From: a virus
Taxonomy: Duplodnaviria > Caudoviricetes
Reading direction: 5' to 3' (one strand)
DNA: 64,000 nt
Virus record (IMG/VR): IMGVR_UViG_3300028392_002123
Position numbers and translations under genes: made by a program. Positions within the stretch are counted from its first letter, which is position 1; each line of letters begins with the position of its first letter. A model generated the notes under the pieces. That model made no database searches. It saw nothing but the letters and a program-made list of their open reading frames with translations, and was not told where the DNA came from. This document shows, one piece after another, positions 27,226-36,562 of the stretch.

Positions 27226-28140
27226 TTCTTCTACAATCTGTTTAACTGGTTTAATACTAGTAATATGATCTATTGCACCACCAGCAAAGACGTGTCCTTC
27301 GTTGGGACTTTGAATACCTTTTGCTAGTCCGTATGTATTATTTTCTATGTCAAGAGCAGTTTTACTAAACAAAAAACCACTTTGGTTTGCTGTTCCTATT
27401 TTTACAGTTTCCGAGTAGGATGATTCTAACATTTTCTTTTTAGTTTCCAGCGACACAACTGATTCTTCCGACACCGCAAAAACTGTGCCGAGACTGACAA
27501 TATTCGCACCTGCAGAAAGATGTTCTTTTATTCCCTGACTGTCATATATTCCGCCTTGTGCTATAATAATCCAATTTGGTTTTAACAAACGTAAAGCACG
27601 TATAGCTTCTACTAGATCAAATGTTGTCGAAGAAACTCTACCTGCACCTTTATCACCTTTGAGTATGATACCATCTAAGGAATTCATAACATTTGAATTT
27701 TTATTCAAATGTTCGATCACAGTTTCAAATGAAAGGAATTTACCTAGTACCTTAGTTCCATTTTCTTGAACTTGTTTTAATAATCTAGGAAAACGTGGAT
27801 CTGTGACAAAGTAGTTGTCAAACATTTCTATGTACGCTGGCTTTAACTCTAAGATAATTTTAAATGTTTCTGTGGAATCAGTGAAAATAGGTGTGTTAAG
27901 TCCTAGTATAAAATCCGAATCACCTACTTTGTTTATATAGTATGTTAGATGTTCTCTTAGAACTTTTGGATCGTATATAAAAGTAGATCCTGTTTGAACA
28001 GTATGATTAAATGTAACAAAACTGGGATAACATCCTGTTTCTTTGACTGCCAGTGCCAACTTGACGTTGGACACAGTGGTCATCCCGGAACAGATAATGG
28101 GATACTTAGAATTAAAATTATTTTGATGATCTGTGTACAT
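27208..28140 (-). CDS. Nitronate monooxygenase / FabK-like FMN oxidoreductase (start moved to MYTDHQ)
   Basis: PIICSGM, G..GAG, IIAQGGI, GA..V.LGT.F; TATAAATA at 28148-28155. Confidence 0.75.
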   Translation of the reverse strand: MYTDHQNNFNSKYPIICSGMTTVSNVKLALAVKETGCYPSFVTFNHTVQTGSTFIYDPKVLREHLTYYINKVGDSDFILGLNTPIFTDSTETFKIILELKPAYIEMFDNYFVTDPRFPRLLKQVQENGTKVLGKFLSFETVIEHLNKNSNVMNSLDGIILKGDKGAGRVSSTTFDLVEAIRALRLLKPNWIIIAQGGIYDSQGIKEHLSAGANIVSLGTVFAVSEESVVSLETKKKMLESSYSETVKIGTANQSGFLFSKTALDIENNTYGLAKGIQSPNEGHVFAGGAIDHITSIKPVKQIVEELTVGL

Positions 28141-28176
28141 ATGAAAATATTTATAGCACACTATCATCTATAATAT

Positions 28177-28253
<77 letters not shown>

Positions 28254-28261
28254 ATTTAAAT

Positions 28262-28471
28262 TTATTTGTTAGGTCTAATCTTTAAGAGATAGTCTCGGCC
28301 AACATGGCCTTCTTCGACTTCTCTTAGAGCTGTAACTGTTTTACTAGGACTAGGTTTAACCATTGGTGTTGCACCGGCGTACAATTCTCTAACTCGTAAC
28401 GAAGCTACTAGAACTAAATCAAATCTATTTCCAATTTGCTCGACTGCTTTTTCACTTGTAATTCTTGCCAT
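28262..28471 (-). CDS. rpoZ: RNA polymerase omega subunit
   Basis: [27 protein letters not shown]...K.TVTALREV. Confidence 0.9.
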   Translation of the reverse strand: MARITSEKAVEQIGNRFDLVLVASLRVRELYAGATPMVKPSPSKTVTALREVEEGHVGRDYLLKIRPNK

Positions 28472-28491
28472 GATAAACCTTATTAAAAAAA

Positions 28492-28750
28492 TGCTCTGGC
28501 ATCCCTCGGCGGTAATTATAGTGTATCAGAAATTTCGTCAAGTTGCCCCAACTAGTCTATTCATCACCTCCACCTCCACCCGCTTCCCGACAGGAACCGT
28601 TCTCGTATTGCCAACGCCGGTTAGGTTGAACCGCACATACATCCATGTTCTATCATGGCCTCTGTGTGAAACTTTTCGTTTCAGAACCACCCGTGTGTGT
28701 CATCACACTTCTCATCGTCTGGGTCAGACTATCCAGTGACGCTGGAACGT
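28492..28750 (-). ncRNA. Candidate structured ncRNA between tRNA-Ser(GCT) and rpoZ
   Basis: GC-rich, at least 8 short hairpins, no credible minus-strand ORF. Confidence 0.55.
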
Positions 28751-28752
28751 TT

Positions 28753-28840
28753 TGGCGGAGCATGTAGGAATCGAACCTACTCACCCATTGCTGAATGACA
28801 GATTAGCAATCTGTTGCCTTAACCGGTCGGCCAATGCTCC
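28753..28840 (-). tRNA. tRNA-Ser(GCT)
   Basis: Loop TT-GCT-AA, long variable arm, CCA. Confidence 0.95.
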
Positions 28841-28847
28841 TTAAACT

Positions 28848-28931
28848 TGGTGCGAGAGGCGGGACTCGAACCCGCATGCCTTTCGACGGGAGATTTTAAG
28901 TCTCCTGAGTATACCATTTCTCCACTCTCGC
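28848..28931 (-). tRNA. tRNA-Leu(TAA)
   Basis: Loop CT-TAA-AA, long variable arm, CCA. Confidence 0.95.
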
Positions 28932-28998
28932 AATAAAACTATTATAACAGGTTATTTATATGTTGTCTACTTCTTTTTTTATTTAATTTAAAATAATT

Positions 28999-29076
28999 TG
29001 GTGGGCCCCCGGAGAGTCGAACTCCGCACCAATGGATTATGAGTCCACTGCTCTAACCAACATGAGCTAGAGGCCC
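28999..29076 (-). tRNA. tRNA(CAT), Ile2 (lysidine) type likely
   Basis: GGGCCTCT start, loop CT-CAT-AA, resembles ileX-type bodies; CCA. Confidence 0.8.
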
Positions 29077-29083
29077 GTAACTT

Positions 29084-29470
29084 TTATGCTACGAGATTTG
29101 CAATCATTTTATAATGATTCCAAGCTTCTCGCACACTTTCATTATCTGTAACAGGACTTGGTGCAATGTCATACCAAGTGTCTACTAGTCGATGATTCCT
29201 TATCCATTTGTCTGCACCAACAGCCCTGGGTTGATGTAATTTTCCATCATTGAAAAGATTAGTGGCCAACGCTTTGGCATCTTCAATGCTGTGATCACTA
29301 AAGTCATATGTCGAATAAGGCGGATTGTAATAGTACTCAAAGACTACATCCATTAACCTATCCACAGTAGGACACATTGTATTACTTACAATGAAAAGCA
29401 CTTCATCATAAGAAACATCTTTGTCTAAAATGCTTTTAATGCATTTACCTAAGCTAGTTCCGATTTTCAT
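29084..29470 (-). CDS. Hypothetical phage protein
   Basis: ORF track; tightly packed minus-strand run. Confidence 0.6.
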   Translation of the reverse strand: MKIGTSLGKCIKSILDKDVSYDEVLFIVSNTMCPTVDRLMDVVFEYYYNPPYSTYDFSDHSIEDAKALATNLFNDGKLHQPRAVGADKWIRNHRLVDTWYDIAPSPVTDNESVREAWNHYKMIANLVA

Positions 29471-29642
29471 TTGTATTTGTATGTTTTAGTGTCAACAAGA
29501 ATAACCACGCCTGCAAATAAAAACATGCAACCGTGTGCGGTGTTTCCAATAAGCAAAGAGTTGATTCCAGAAATAATATTAAGTCCGCTTATTGTATAAC
29601 CGATTGATTTACGATTATTGTTAAACCATTCGAAAAATTTAC

Positions 29643-29831
29643 TCATTCGATTTCCTTTTCTAATTCATGCGATTGAAGTACCATGTCCACCATACTGCTA
29701 TGGCAAGTAGGACAAAACGCCACTGGTAGTATACCAAAGTAACCTAGTACGCCGCCTTCGTCTTCGGTAAATTCACAACTGCATACATTACATTTATGCA
29801 CGTCACCCACATGATCAAAGCCCTTAATCAT
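29643..29831 (-). CDS. Small Zn-ribbon-like protein
   Basis: CNVC...CPTC. Confidence 0.5.
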   Translation of the reverse strand: MIKGFDHVGDVHKCNVCSCEFTEDEGGVLGYFGILPVAFCPTCHSSMVDMVLQSHELEKEIE

Positions 29832-30151
29832 ACTGATACTCCGAACTCTGCTTCCAGTTCTTCATCACTGTAAAAGAATCCCTGGCCACGATCATATTTG
29901 TTCATAGACAATTGGTCAAATGTTTCTCCGTCATAAAACTTCTTAATTACCATTCGCCATCGTTCTTCGGGATAATCGACAAGTTCAAATTCATCAATCC
30001 GGCCGTAGCCATCGTAGGTACCTGTAATGCGATCTCCGTTTTTAAACAGTACTACCACCTTGCTGGCAAACGCCCATGATGTATTTACAACTGCGGTATC
30101 GGCCATCACCGGCTTGTCTGATTTAGCGCAACGCCAACTAAAAAATCCCAT
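29828..30151 (-). CDS. Hypothetical phage protein
   Basis: MGFFSW.CA...G.YDGYG; coupled start/stop. Confidence 0.6.
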   Translation of the reverse strand: MGFFSWRCAKSDKPVMADTAVVNTSWAFASKVVVLFKNGDRITGTYDGYGRIDEFELVDYPEERWRMVIKKFYDGETFDQLSMNKYDRGQGFFYSDEELEAEFGVSV

Positions 30152-30288
30152 TACTTAACTCCTAAATATTTTTCAAGATACTGCAATTATAAAGATAATA
30201 ACTGCCGCGATTGGATGTCCTAAGATTAAAGCCATCATTGCAAGAATAGTACTATAGAAGGCTTTATCATCTGACATGTTTTACTCAC

Positions 30289-30684
30289 TTATAACAAAAT
30301 AGGTTCATGAACAGGAGTACCCTTAAGAATCAGCATAACTTCATCCTCTTGAGAAAATACCAGTTTATACTTTTCTAAAATTGTTCTACGAGCTGTATCA
30401 TCGGCCTTGGTCCACGCCTTAACTCGTTCATAGGAGCCATAACACTCTGCTGGCACATGATCATTTATCCAACCTGCCAAAGCCTTAAATGCTCGAACAG
30501 TATTACTAGGATGACTACTTGCCATGGCTCCTAGGAAATCATTGGCCAAGACAGCAGTAAAACAGCTACCTGGAGACCATCCAAAAATCAAGTAGTTATA
30601 CATGGGATGGGCAAACTCTTTGTCCACTTCCCATTCGGCAAATGTATGCAGAATTCGATTTCGACTATGTTCTGAGATTTTCAT
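30289..30684 (-). CDS. Hypothetical phage protein
   Basis: ORF track; coupled. Confidence 0.6.
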   Translation of the reverse strand: MKISEHSRNRILHTFAEWEVDKEFAHPMYNYLIFGWSPGSCFTAVLANDFLGAMASSHPSNTVRAFKALAGWINDHVPAECYGSYERVKAWTKADDTARRTILEKYKLVFSQEDEVMLILKGTPVHEPILL

Positions 30685-30878
30685 TTAACTAGATTTTCTT
30701 TTATACTAAATTCATAGCCGCCCATGCTACCTGCATAAGTTCCTTGTTTGTATATCAGCTTGATCCTTACGGTGTTGACTGCTACATCCATAAAAGATTT
30801 TTCTTTAAAACTTAACACATGACATTGTACTTTCTTTCCGTTGTCTGTGCAAGTAAGAGTAAGTTCTTTATCAATCAT
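30681..30878 (-). CDS. Hypothetical phage protein
   Basis: ORF track; coupled. Confidence 0.55.
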   Translation of the reverse strand: MIDKELTLTCTDNGKKVQCHVLSFKEKSFMDVAVNTVRIKLIYKQGTYAGSMGGYEFSIKENLVK

Positions 30879-31338
30879 TTTCGTCCTCGTTTTCCCAAGA
30901 TTCTTGATTGTCTGCTACACCAAATGCATCATCGATCTCTTCGGGAATCTGTTCTCTTGTTTCTGCAGATGTGGCCGGAATTTCGTAGCAGTCGTCGACA
31001 CCATCGATAAACCTACCACAAAAATTTGCTCCAGGTTCATAGTACATTGCATCTACCTTGATGCCTTGTTCTTGGGCAGATTCGTATGCAGAAATAGGCG
31101 GACTCCATGCACTATTAAAATAGAAACTAATCCACTCATCACCTTCTTCCCGAACTTCTGCATTTACTTCCCACTTTGTACCCCAGTTGGCTACATTCCA
31201 ATCGTACCAGTTATCTTCCTCTGAAGCAGGCCGGGGAGCCAGGACACCCAGTATGTTACCATCAGGTGCATCTTTAAGTTTTTTAATCTGTTCTTTGCTA
31301 CCATAAAATGTAGCAACATTATCACACCAATTTGGCAT
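30871..31338 (-). CDS. DUF1281/YubB-like ferredoxin-fold protein
   Basis: MPNWC.N, WYDWN..NWGTKW, F.SAWSPP, YYEPG..FCG. Confidence 0.7.
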   Translation of the reverse strand: MPNWCDNVATFYGSKEQIKKLKDAPDGNILGVLAPRPASEEDNWYDWNVANWGTKWEVNAEVREEGDEWISFYFNSAWSPPISAYESAQEQGIKVDAMYYEPGANFCGRFIDGVDDCYEIPATSAETREQIPEEIDDAFGVADNQESWENEDEND

Positions 31339-31347
31339 ATCGATTCC

Positions 31348-32013
31348 TCAAACTCTTTTAACACGGGTCAGCCAAGTTTCTTTGGCACCAGTGCGATTGT
31401 TAATTTCTTGTTTCTTAACAGCGCCTTTGACACGAATTTTTTCTCCCACAGGAAAAACGCTGGCATCGTGCGCTGTGGTAAATTTGATAACATTCATTCC
31501 GTCTGTTGCAGTATTGATATAGATATTATAGTTTCTACTGTAAATACTGTCAATAAGTTCGACTGCCAATTCCTGTTTACTGCCAACAGCACCGATATAT
31601 TCGCTGGTTGATGCCAGCGTCTGTTGCTTTTCGGTTTTAGCTTCTTTGATTAGATCTTTACGATATGTTTTTGGCAATGCGGCCATGCAGGCCACATCAA
31701 ATTTTGACACTTCTTCTTTGGCCACAATATTAGCAATGGTATCCAAGAAACCATTTTGTGTTCCGCCAGTAAGGGTTCGGAAAAGCAGGCCTTTAAAATG
31801 TTCGGCTAACTTAGCGCCAAATTCTTTGTCTTCTGGTTGAATCAATTCGGGTTCAGCCAAAAGCTGGTAGGCAATAACTTTGTTAAAAGTAAATTGAGTT
31901 GAAGAATATGAGTTTTGATTGTAATATTCTTGCAGATTGACTCGATCTGCACCACAGACAGCGGCCCAGGCAAGTTCAATGGGATATGTGGTTTGTTTAA
32001 GATTGGAAGGCAT
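31348..32013 (-). CDS. Hypothetical protein, possible C-terminal OB fold
   Basis: Behind sigma70 promoter 32048-32076. Confidence 0.55.
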   Translation of the reverse strand: MPSNLKQTTYPIELAWAAVCGADRVNLQEYYNQNSYSSTQFTFNKVIAYQLLAEPELIQPEDKEFGAKLAEHFKGLLFRTLTGGTQNGFLDTIANIVAKEEVSKFDVACMAALPKTYRKDLIKEAKTEKQQTLASTSEYIGAVGSKQELAVELIDSIYSRNYNIYINTATDGMNVIKFTTAHDASVFPVGEKIRVKGAVKKQEINNRTGAKETWLTRVKRV

Positions 32014-32047
32014 TAAAAAATCCCCGCTTGTTAACTACAGTACAAGT

Positions 32048-32076
32048 ATTATAGCACGACGGGGATTTTCTGTCAA
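32048..32076 (-). promoter_or_regulatory. sigma70 consensus promoter
   Basis: TTGACA-17-TATAAT; spacer complementary to the downstream RBS region. Confidence 0.85.
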
Positions 32077-32091
32077 TTATTGACTATTTTA

Positions 32092-32397
32092 TCAAACTGT
32101 AGCAGTTGTCTGCACCATAGTGATACCATTAGCGGCATTGTATGCGTTGCGAGACTCGCGTTGTGCTACGATGACTGGATCATTGCTGAATGTGTTAAAT
32201 TCAGCTTCAGATATCCATGTCCATACAATGTTCAATGATAAGCCGTCTGGGCTAACTTCTGTTACAATATCACTGATTTTACCAGTATTTTTATAAGTCT
32301 CTAGTACGTGTTGAACATAAGCGTCTGGAACAACAGACATATGAAACACTACAAAAGCATCTGGTCTTGTAAATACATTTTTAACTTGAAAGCTCAT
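32092..32397 (-). CDS. Small hypothetical protein downstream of PP-loop ATPase
   Basis: 101 aa; ATAAATA and GGGGA SD upstream. Confidence 0.65.
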   Translation of the reverse strand: MSFQVKNVFTRPDAFVVFHMSVVPDAYVQHVLETYKNTGKISDIVTEVSPDGLSLNIVWTWISEAEFNTFSNDPVIVAQRESRNAYNAANGITMVQTTATV

Positions 32398-32425
32398 TTT
32401 ATTTCCCCTTAAGGTCTAAGTACAA

Positions 32426-33550
32426 TTATTTATCTAAAAAGTCATTATCAGCTGTATAAAAGCTCATAACATCTATGTCGTTATAAAGTATGAAATCACT
32501 GTCTAATGCTATGGTTCTTCTTTTCAATGCCATTACTTTGTCCAAACTGAGTTTCTTTAATTTTGCCATGTATTCTTGCCCAATTAATTTCGAAACATAC
32601 TGTTTGGCAGTCCACTTGTATGTATCAAATGTCTGCAAGTTTTTAGGTTCTTTATTGTTCATTGACCATAATTGAAAATCTATACTGTCAAAAAATGGAA
32701 TAACTGAGTAATTTTCTCTGGTAGATAACGCATACGTTCTATCTTGTATATTGTTATAAGTATGTATTCTATATTTTACGTTCACCCATTTACAAGCGAA
32801 ACCATACCACCATGTCATGGTCCAATAGGTTTTTTCTTCTGAAGGACAAGTGGACATTAATTTCATAAAAGCCGAAGCCCATTTTCTAGCAGATCTAGGA
32901 GAGAAACCGGAATATTTTGTAAACATATCATATAAAAATTCTTCGTCAACTATAAAGTCGGATAAATCTTTACCAGTTACCTGCGACAGTTCGTTGACTG
33001 CTTTTAACAAGATCATGTTACCGTACAGTTGGTCGTTGAGTTCGCCATTGATATAAATTGTATCGGCTTTTAATGTAGCCAAATCAAATTCTTTGCTGTT
33101 AACCACATTAAAATTTGGCCGAATAAATTTTTCCCACATCCAAGGATTTTCAATTATTGATTCATTGCTCATCATGATGTTTAATTTTTTACTGGCTTGG
33201 TCAATACCCATATAGTTAATAAAACTAGTTAACATCACACTACTGTCTATGCCACCGCTGTACATTAAATTTATTTTTTTATCTTCGCTTTGATTTACCA
33301 AGTCCTTTACACGACTCATAGCGGCTTCTTCATAGGTTATGTTAGTGTCAATATACGCGGGTAATTTACACTCATCTGGAATATAAATTTCAAAAGGAAA
33401 TTTTACTGCACCAGATCTATCTCCAATACAGGTAAAATTATCAGTGAATTTTTTACCGAATAATTCTAAAAAATCAGTGACATCGTTTTTACCGATCTGT
33501 TTGTCCTGCATTAAGACATACATAGTATCGTACATTAATATTTTTTTCAA
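32426..33550 (-). CDS. Asparagine-synthase-C-like PP-loop ATPase
   Basis: LMYSGGIDSS, NGELNDQLYG, FFD..DFQLWS, YKW.AK; paralog of 15150..16187. Confidence 0.75.
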   Translation of the reverse strand: MKKILMYDTMYVLMQDKQIGKNDVTDFLELFGKKFTDNFTCIGDRSGAVKFPFEIYIPDECKLPAYIDTNITYEEAAMSRVKDLVNQSEDKKINLMYSGGIDSSVMLTSFINYMGIDQASKKLNIMMSNESIIENPWMWEKFIRPNFNVVNSKEFDLATLKADTIYINGELNDQLYGNMILLKAVNELSQVTGKDLSDFIVDEEFLYDMFTKYSGFSPRSARKWASAFMKLMSTCPSEEKTYWTMTWWYGFACKWVNVKYRIHTYNNIQDRTYALSTRENYSVIPFFDSIDFQLWSMNNKEPKNLQTFDTYKWTAKQYVSKLIGQEYMAKLKKLSLDKVMALKRRTIALDSDFILYNDIDVMSFYTADNDFLDK

Positions 33551-34170
33551 GATGCTCTTCCCATTAGTCTAAACCTAATTTGTTCAACCATTTTTAGTAT
33601 ATCTTCACGAGTGTTGGCCGCGTTAATTTCTTTTATTAAACTATCCACATGTCCTTGTGTTTTAAGAATAGAGTACTTTCTACTTTCTACTTTAAGTCTA
33701 ATTTCTTTTTCCGCATCAGCTACAGGCAAGCTAACACAAGATGCATATTCGATTAGCATGTTTTCATTAGTCAATGCTTCTTCTAATACATGAACCGCTT
33801 CTTGATTTATAAAATTATCTTGGAAGTATCCGTAAAGGGTAGCATCTGCAACAAGATATAAAAATGTAAACATTCCTTTTCTTCCAACTGCCAATGATTT
33901 TCTTTTTTTATAATCAAGGGATAGTTGGTCGTCTGGTATAACTGTAGGACTGCCATCATTGAGTCTTATACTAACTTCATCAAATTTTCTCCAATTATCT
34001 CTACTCCAAATAACTGCTGATTGAAATTTTATTGAATTGTCACTTAATGTTTCAACTTTGGAGTCTAGAATTCCAATGGCTGTGGCTTGAGCGACTCTGT
34101 AATCTCGAGTTGATGTTAAAATACAATCCTCTATAGGATCGATTACAAAGTATCTTATTCCGGTATCCAT
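33547..34170 (-). CDS. Hypothetical helical protein preceding PP-loop ATPase
   Basis: Start MDTGIRY after terminator 34186-34207. Confidence 0.55.
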   Translation of the reverse strand: MDTGIRYFVIDPIEDCILTSTRDYRVAQATAIGILDSKVETLSDNSIKFQSAVIWSRDNWRKFDEVSIRLNDGSPTVIPDDQLSLDYKKRKSLAVGRKGMFTFLYLVADATLYGYFQDNFINQEAVHVLEEALTNENMLIEYASCVSLPVADAEKEIRLKVESRKYSILKTQGHVDSLIKEINAANTREDILKMVEQIRFRLMGRAS

Positions 34171-34185
34171 TTTGTCTCCAATAAA

Positions 34186-34207
34186 AAAGGACACTTACGT
34201 GTCCTTT
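34186..34207 (-). terminator. Intrinsic terminator
   Basis: AAAGGACAC-TTAC-GTGTCCTTT with an A/T tract. Confidence 0.7.
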
Positions 34208-34226
34208 ATATTTAAGAGTAGTTATC

Positions 34227-34565
34227 TTATTTTTGCACTTGACAAACAGTGGCTAATTGCTCTGCTTGATAAAAACAGGCCTGCCTATGTTGCCAATCTC
34301 CACCAAATGTATGCCAGCAATTATCAATCCTAGATTGATAGATGTATTGGTCAACATAACAAGATCTTACCGGAGCAGAAACAACTTGTTGTTGATATAC
34401 CATCGAGGAGCTAGGTGCTGGTTGGACCATTATCTGCGGCTGTCGATTTTTTCCAATTTCGTAGCCGATAACTCCGCCGATTATTGACGGTGCTAGCCAA
34501 CTTTGGGCCTGTGCGACCGCTGACAATGACAACACTACTGCGCCAAATAAAAAACGTTTTGACAT
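34227..34565 (-). CDS. Secreted/membrane glycine-zipper-like protein
   Basis: Signal peptide MSKRFLFG..AQA, IIGGVIGYEIG. Confidence 0.5.
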   Translation of the reverse strand: MSKRFLFGAVVLSLSAVAQAQSWLAPSIIGGVIGYEIGKNRQPQIMVQPAPSSSMVYQQQVVSAPVRSCYVDQYIYQSRIDNCWHTFGGDWQHRQACFYQAEQLATVCQVQK

Positions 34566-34566
34566 C

Positions 34567-34893
34567 TTAGATCTCCTTGACATGTTTACAAGCACCACGA
34601 AAAGTAAAACCAGGGCAGGTGCAGGTCTTGGTTTCGGCGTCGACAAAGTAACTGTTGCCTTTACTACCTTTTATTTCGACTAGGTTGCTTTTAACTTTTA
34701 TTTTGAATAAATGATTATCTGCTTTTGTAAAGGAGCGGCCGCGCTTGTCCAGCGTCAGGGGAGTTTTAAAGTAAAATGGTTCACCTTGACCAAACTTAAT
34801 ATAAGCAACGGCCTTTGAACCATCAAACAAATAGATGTGGTTCGACTGAGTGGGCGTGTCTTTCCACTTGGTAGTTTCTTGCAGGGCTTCCAT
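34567..34893 (-). CDS. SWIM zinc-finger protein
   Basis: CTCPGF.FRGACKH; promoter TTGACA-17-TATACT at 34916-34944. Confidence 0.7.
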   Translation of the reverse strand: MEALQETTKWKDTPTQSNHIYLFDGSKAVAYIKFGQGEPFYFKTPLTLDKRGRSFTKADNHLFKIKVKSNLVEIKGSKGNSYFVDAETKTCTCPGFTFRGACKHVKEI

Positions 34894-34940
34894 ATCTTTC
34901 CTTTACTATGCTTATAGTATAGCATCAACAGGATTTTGTG

Positions 34941-35477
34941 TCAATTTTCGGCGAATTTTTCCGAACCATTGGCTAATTTAATAGCGTCCCGCAGAGCTTC
35001 TTCTACCAATTGGTTTAATGTAATATCTCGCTCATGGGCAATTTTCATAAACTGAAACAGAGTTGGATCATCTAACTCCAAAGGCATCGATACCCTAGTG
35101 TCATAATCCTCGCCTGCAGAAATAGCTAGGCACTTTTGAATAAAGTCATCGTCAACTTCCAAATCTGTATACTCAACATCGTCCCATGCTTCATTCAAAT
35201 TAACATCGCGCAAGAACGCTTCTTCCTTATGCTTCTTACGTTTGTTTTCAGCTATCATACGATAAGCACGATCATTGGTATAGTCACACACAGTAACTTC
35301 GTAGACCTTTTGTGTCTTGGTACTGAATATGATACTGAAACTATATCCATCTGCGCCGTGGACACCATTCCACGAATCCAAGCAGTAGGCATTGGGTCCA
35401 TAGCAACTCCAACCATAATCACTACCCTCAGTAATCTTATAGTCAACCAATTCCATCCATTCTTTCATCGTAATCAT
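34941..35477 (-). CDS. Hypothetical phage protein
   Basis: ORF track. Confidence 0.6.
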   Translation of the reverse strand: MITMKEWMELVDYKITEGSDYGWSCYGPNAYCLDSWNGVHGADGYSFSIIFSTKTQKVYEVTVCDYTNDRAYRMIAENKRKKHKEEAFLRDVNLNEAWDDVEYTDLEVDDDFIQKCLAISAGEDYDTRVSMPLELDDPTLFQFMKIAHERDITLNQLVEEALRDAIKLANGSEKFAEN

Positions 35478-35486
35478 TTTATATCC

Positions 35487-36341
35487 TTAAATTTCAATTA
35501 AAATATTTGGGTTCCAGCCACTGTTTTCACTGTAGCCATCACTTTCGTAACCACGTGGGTTACATACAACTCTTGTCTCGCCGATCATGTAATCAAACGG
35601 ATGATGAGTGTGTCCATGTGTCCATAGCACAATCTGTGGGTGATCCAAAATGAACTCACTTAGATCACTGTGGTATCCACCATTCATCAAAGTATCATGT
35701 GCATACATTGGATGCATACTTTGCAAACTTGGTGTGTGATGCCCAACTACTACACACTTCTTATCCTTGTGTTCCTGTACAATCAGTTTGATGTAGGCAA
35801 GAGTCTTGTCGTGACGAATAGCAACATCCAACGCACTCATAGTAGCATAGTTTCTCTTATCGTTGCGGATGATACGAAAGTCGTTCATCATACCTTCAAT
35901 GGCATGCATGGTAAGTGGATCACGCTTGTTCATGTTAGTCCAAAGTGTTCCGCCAACAAACACAACATCATCGATGATCTTAGTGTCTTGTTCCAACATG
36001 TAGACGTTAGGAAACTTGGCACATTCTTCACGCATGTAATCGATAGCACCGTAAAACTTACCGTGATAGAATTCGTGATTGCCCATGATGTAGATAACAT
36101 GCGGGAACTGAAAACTACAACGCTTCAAAAAGTCTCTGTAGGCCTGTGCTTTACGTTGTCTACGTCCAAGGCTCTCCAAGTTGATGTTAGTGTACATGCC
36201 ATAGTCCATCTCAGGATGGTCGTGTAGATCCTGGGCAACCATAATGTCGCCACCGAGAATCAGTACATCATAGTCTTGATCGTTTTGAATGTTTATGTCA
36301 CTGAACTCTAAGTGTAGGTCACTGACTAGTTTTATTTTCAT
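35487..36341 (-). CDS. Calcineurin-like metallophosphoesterase
   Basis: SDLHLE, GGD, GNHE, HH.P, HGHTH. Confidence 0.9.
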   Translation of the reverse strand: MKIKLVSDLHLEFSDINIQNDQDYDVLILGGDIMVAQDLHDHPEMDYGMYTNINLESLGRRQRKAQAYRDFLKRCSFQFPHVIYIMGNHEFYHGKFYGAIDYMREECAKFPNVYMLEQDTKIIDDVVFVGGTLWTNMNKRDPLTMHAIEGMMNDFRIIRNDKRNYATMSALDVAIRHDKTLAYIKLIVQEHKDKKCVVVGHHTPSLQSMHPMYAHDTLMNGGYHSDLSEFILDHPQIVLWTHGHTHHPFDYMIGETRVVCNPRGYESDGYSENSGWNPNILIEI

Positions 36342-36562
36342 TGTTTAATTTTTTCTATCAAACGTTTATGATACCACTCTTCTTCACCTGCAAATTGCGG
36401 GCATCTTTCCAAGGCATCTTCTAAAAAGAATTTTATTTCAACTAAGTCTTTTTTGATATTATGGGCAGTGAAACCATCATTGTATGGACTTGCACATTCC
36501 ATGGCCATAGTTCTTAACTGACTCATAATATGGGCCGGATCCCAAGACTTTTTAAAACCCAT
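36338..36562 (-). CDS. Hypothetical phage protein
   Basis: ORF track; coupled. Confidence 0.55.
   Translation of the reverse strand: MGFKKSWDPAHIMSQLRTMAMECASPYNDGFTAHNIKKDLVEIKFFLEDALERCPQFAGEEEWYHKRLIEKIKQ

Noticed and set aside
28470-28739. Plus-strand 89-aa ORF
   Set aside because: Antisense to the tRNA/rpoZ transcript, no RBS, and the region is better explained as structured RNA
28492-28750. RNase P RNA or SRP RNA
   Set aside because: The GAGGAAAGTCC / AACCCGGCTTA P4 motifs and the SRP helix-8 motif were not found by eye
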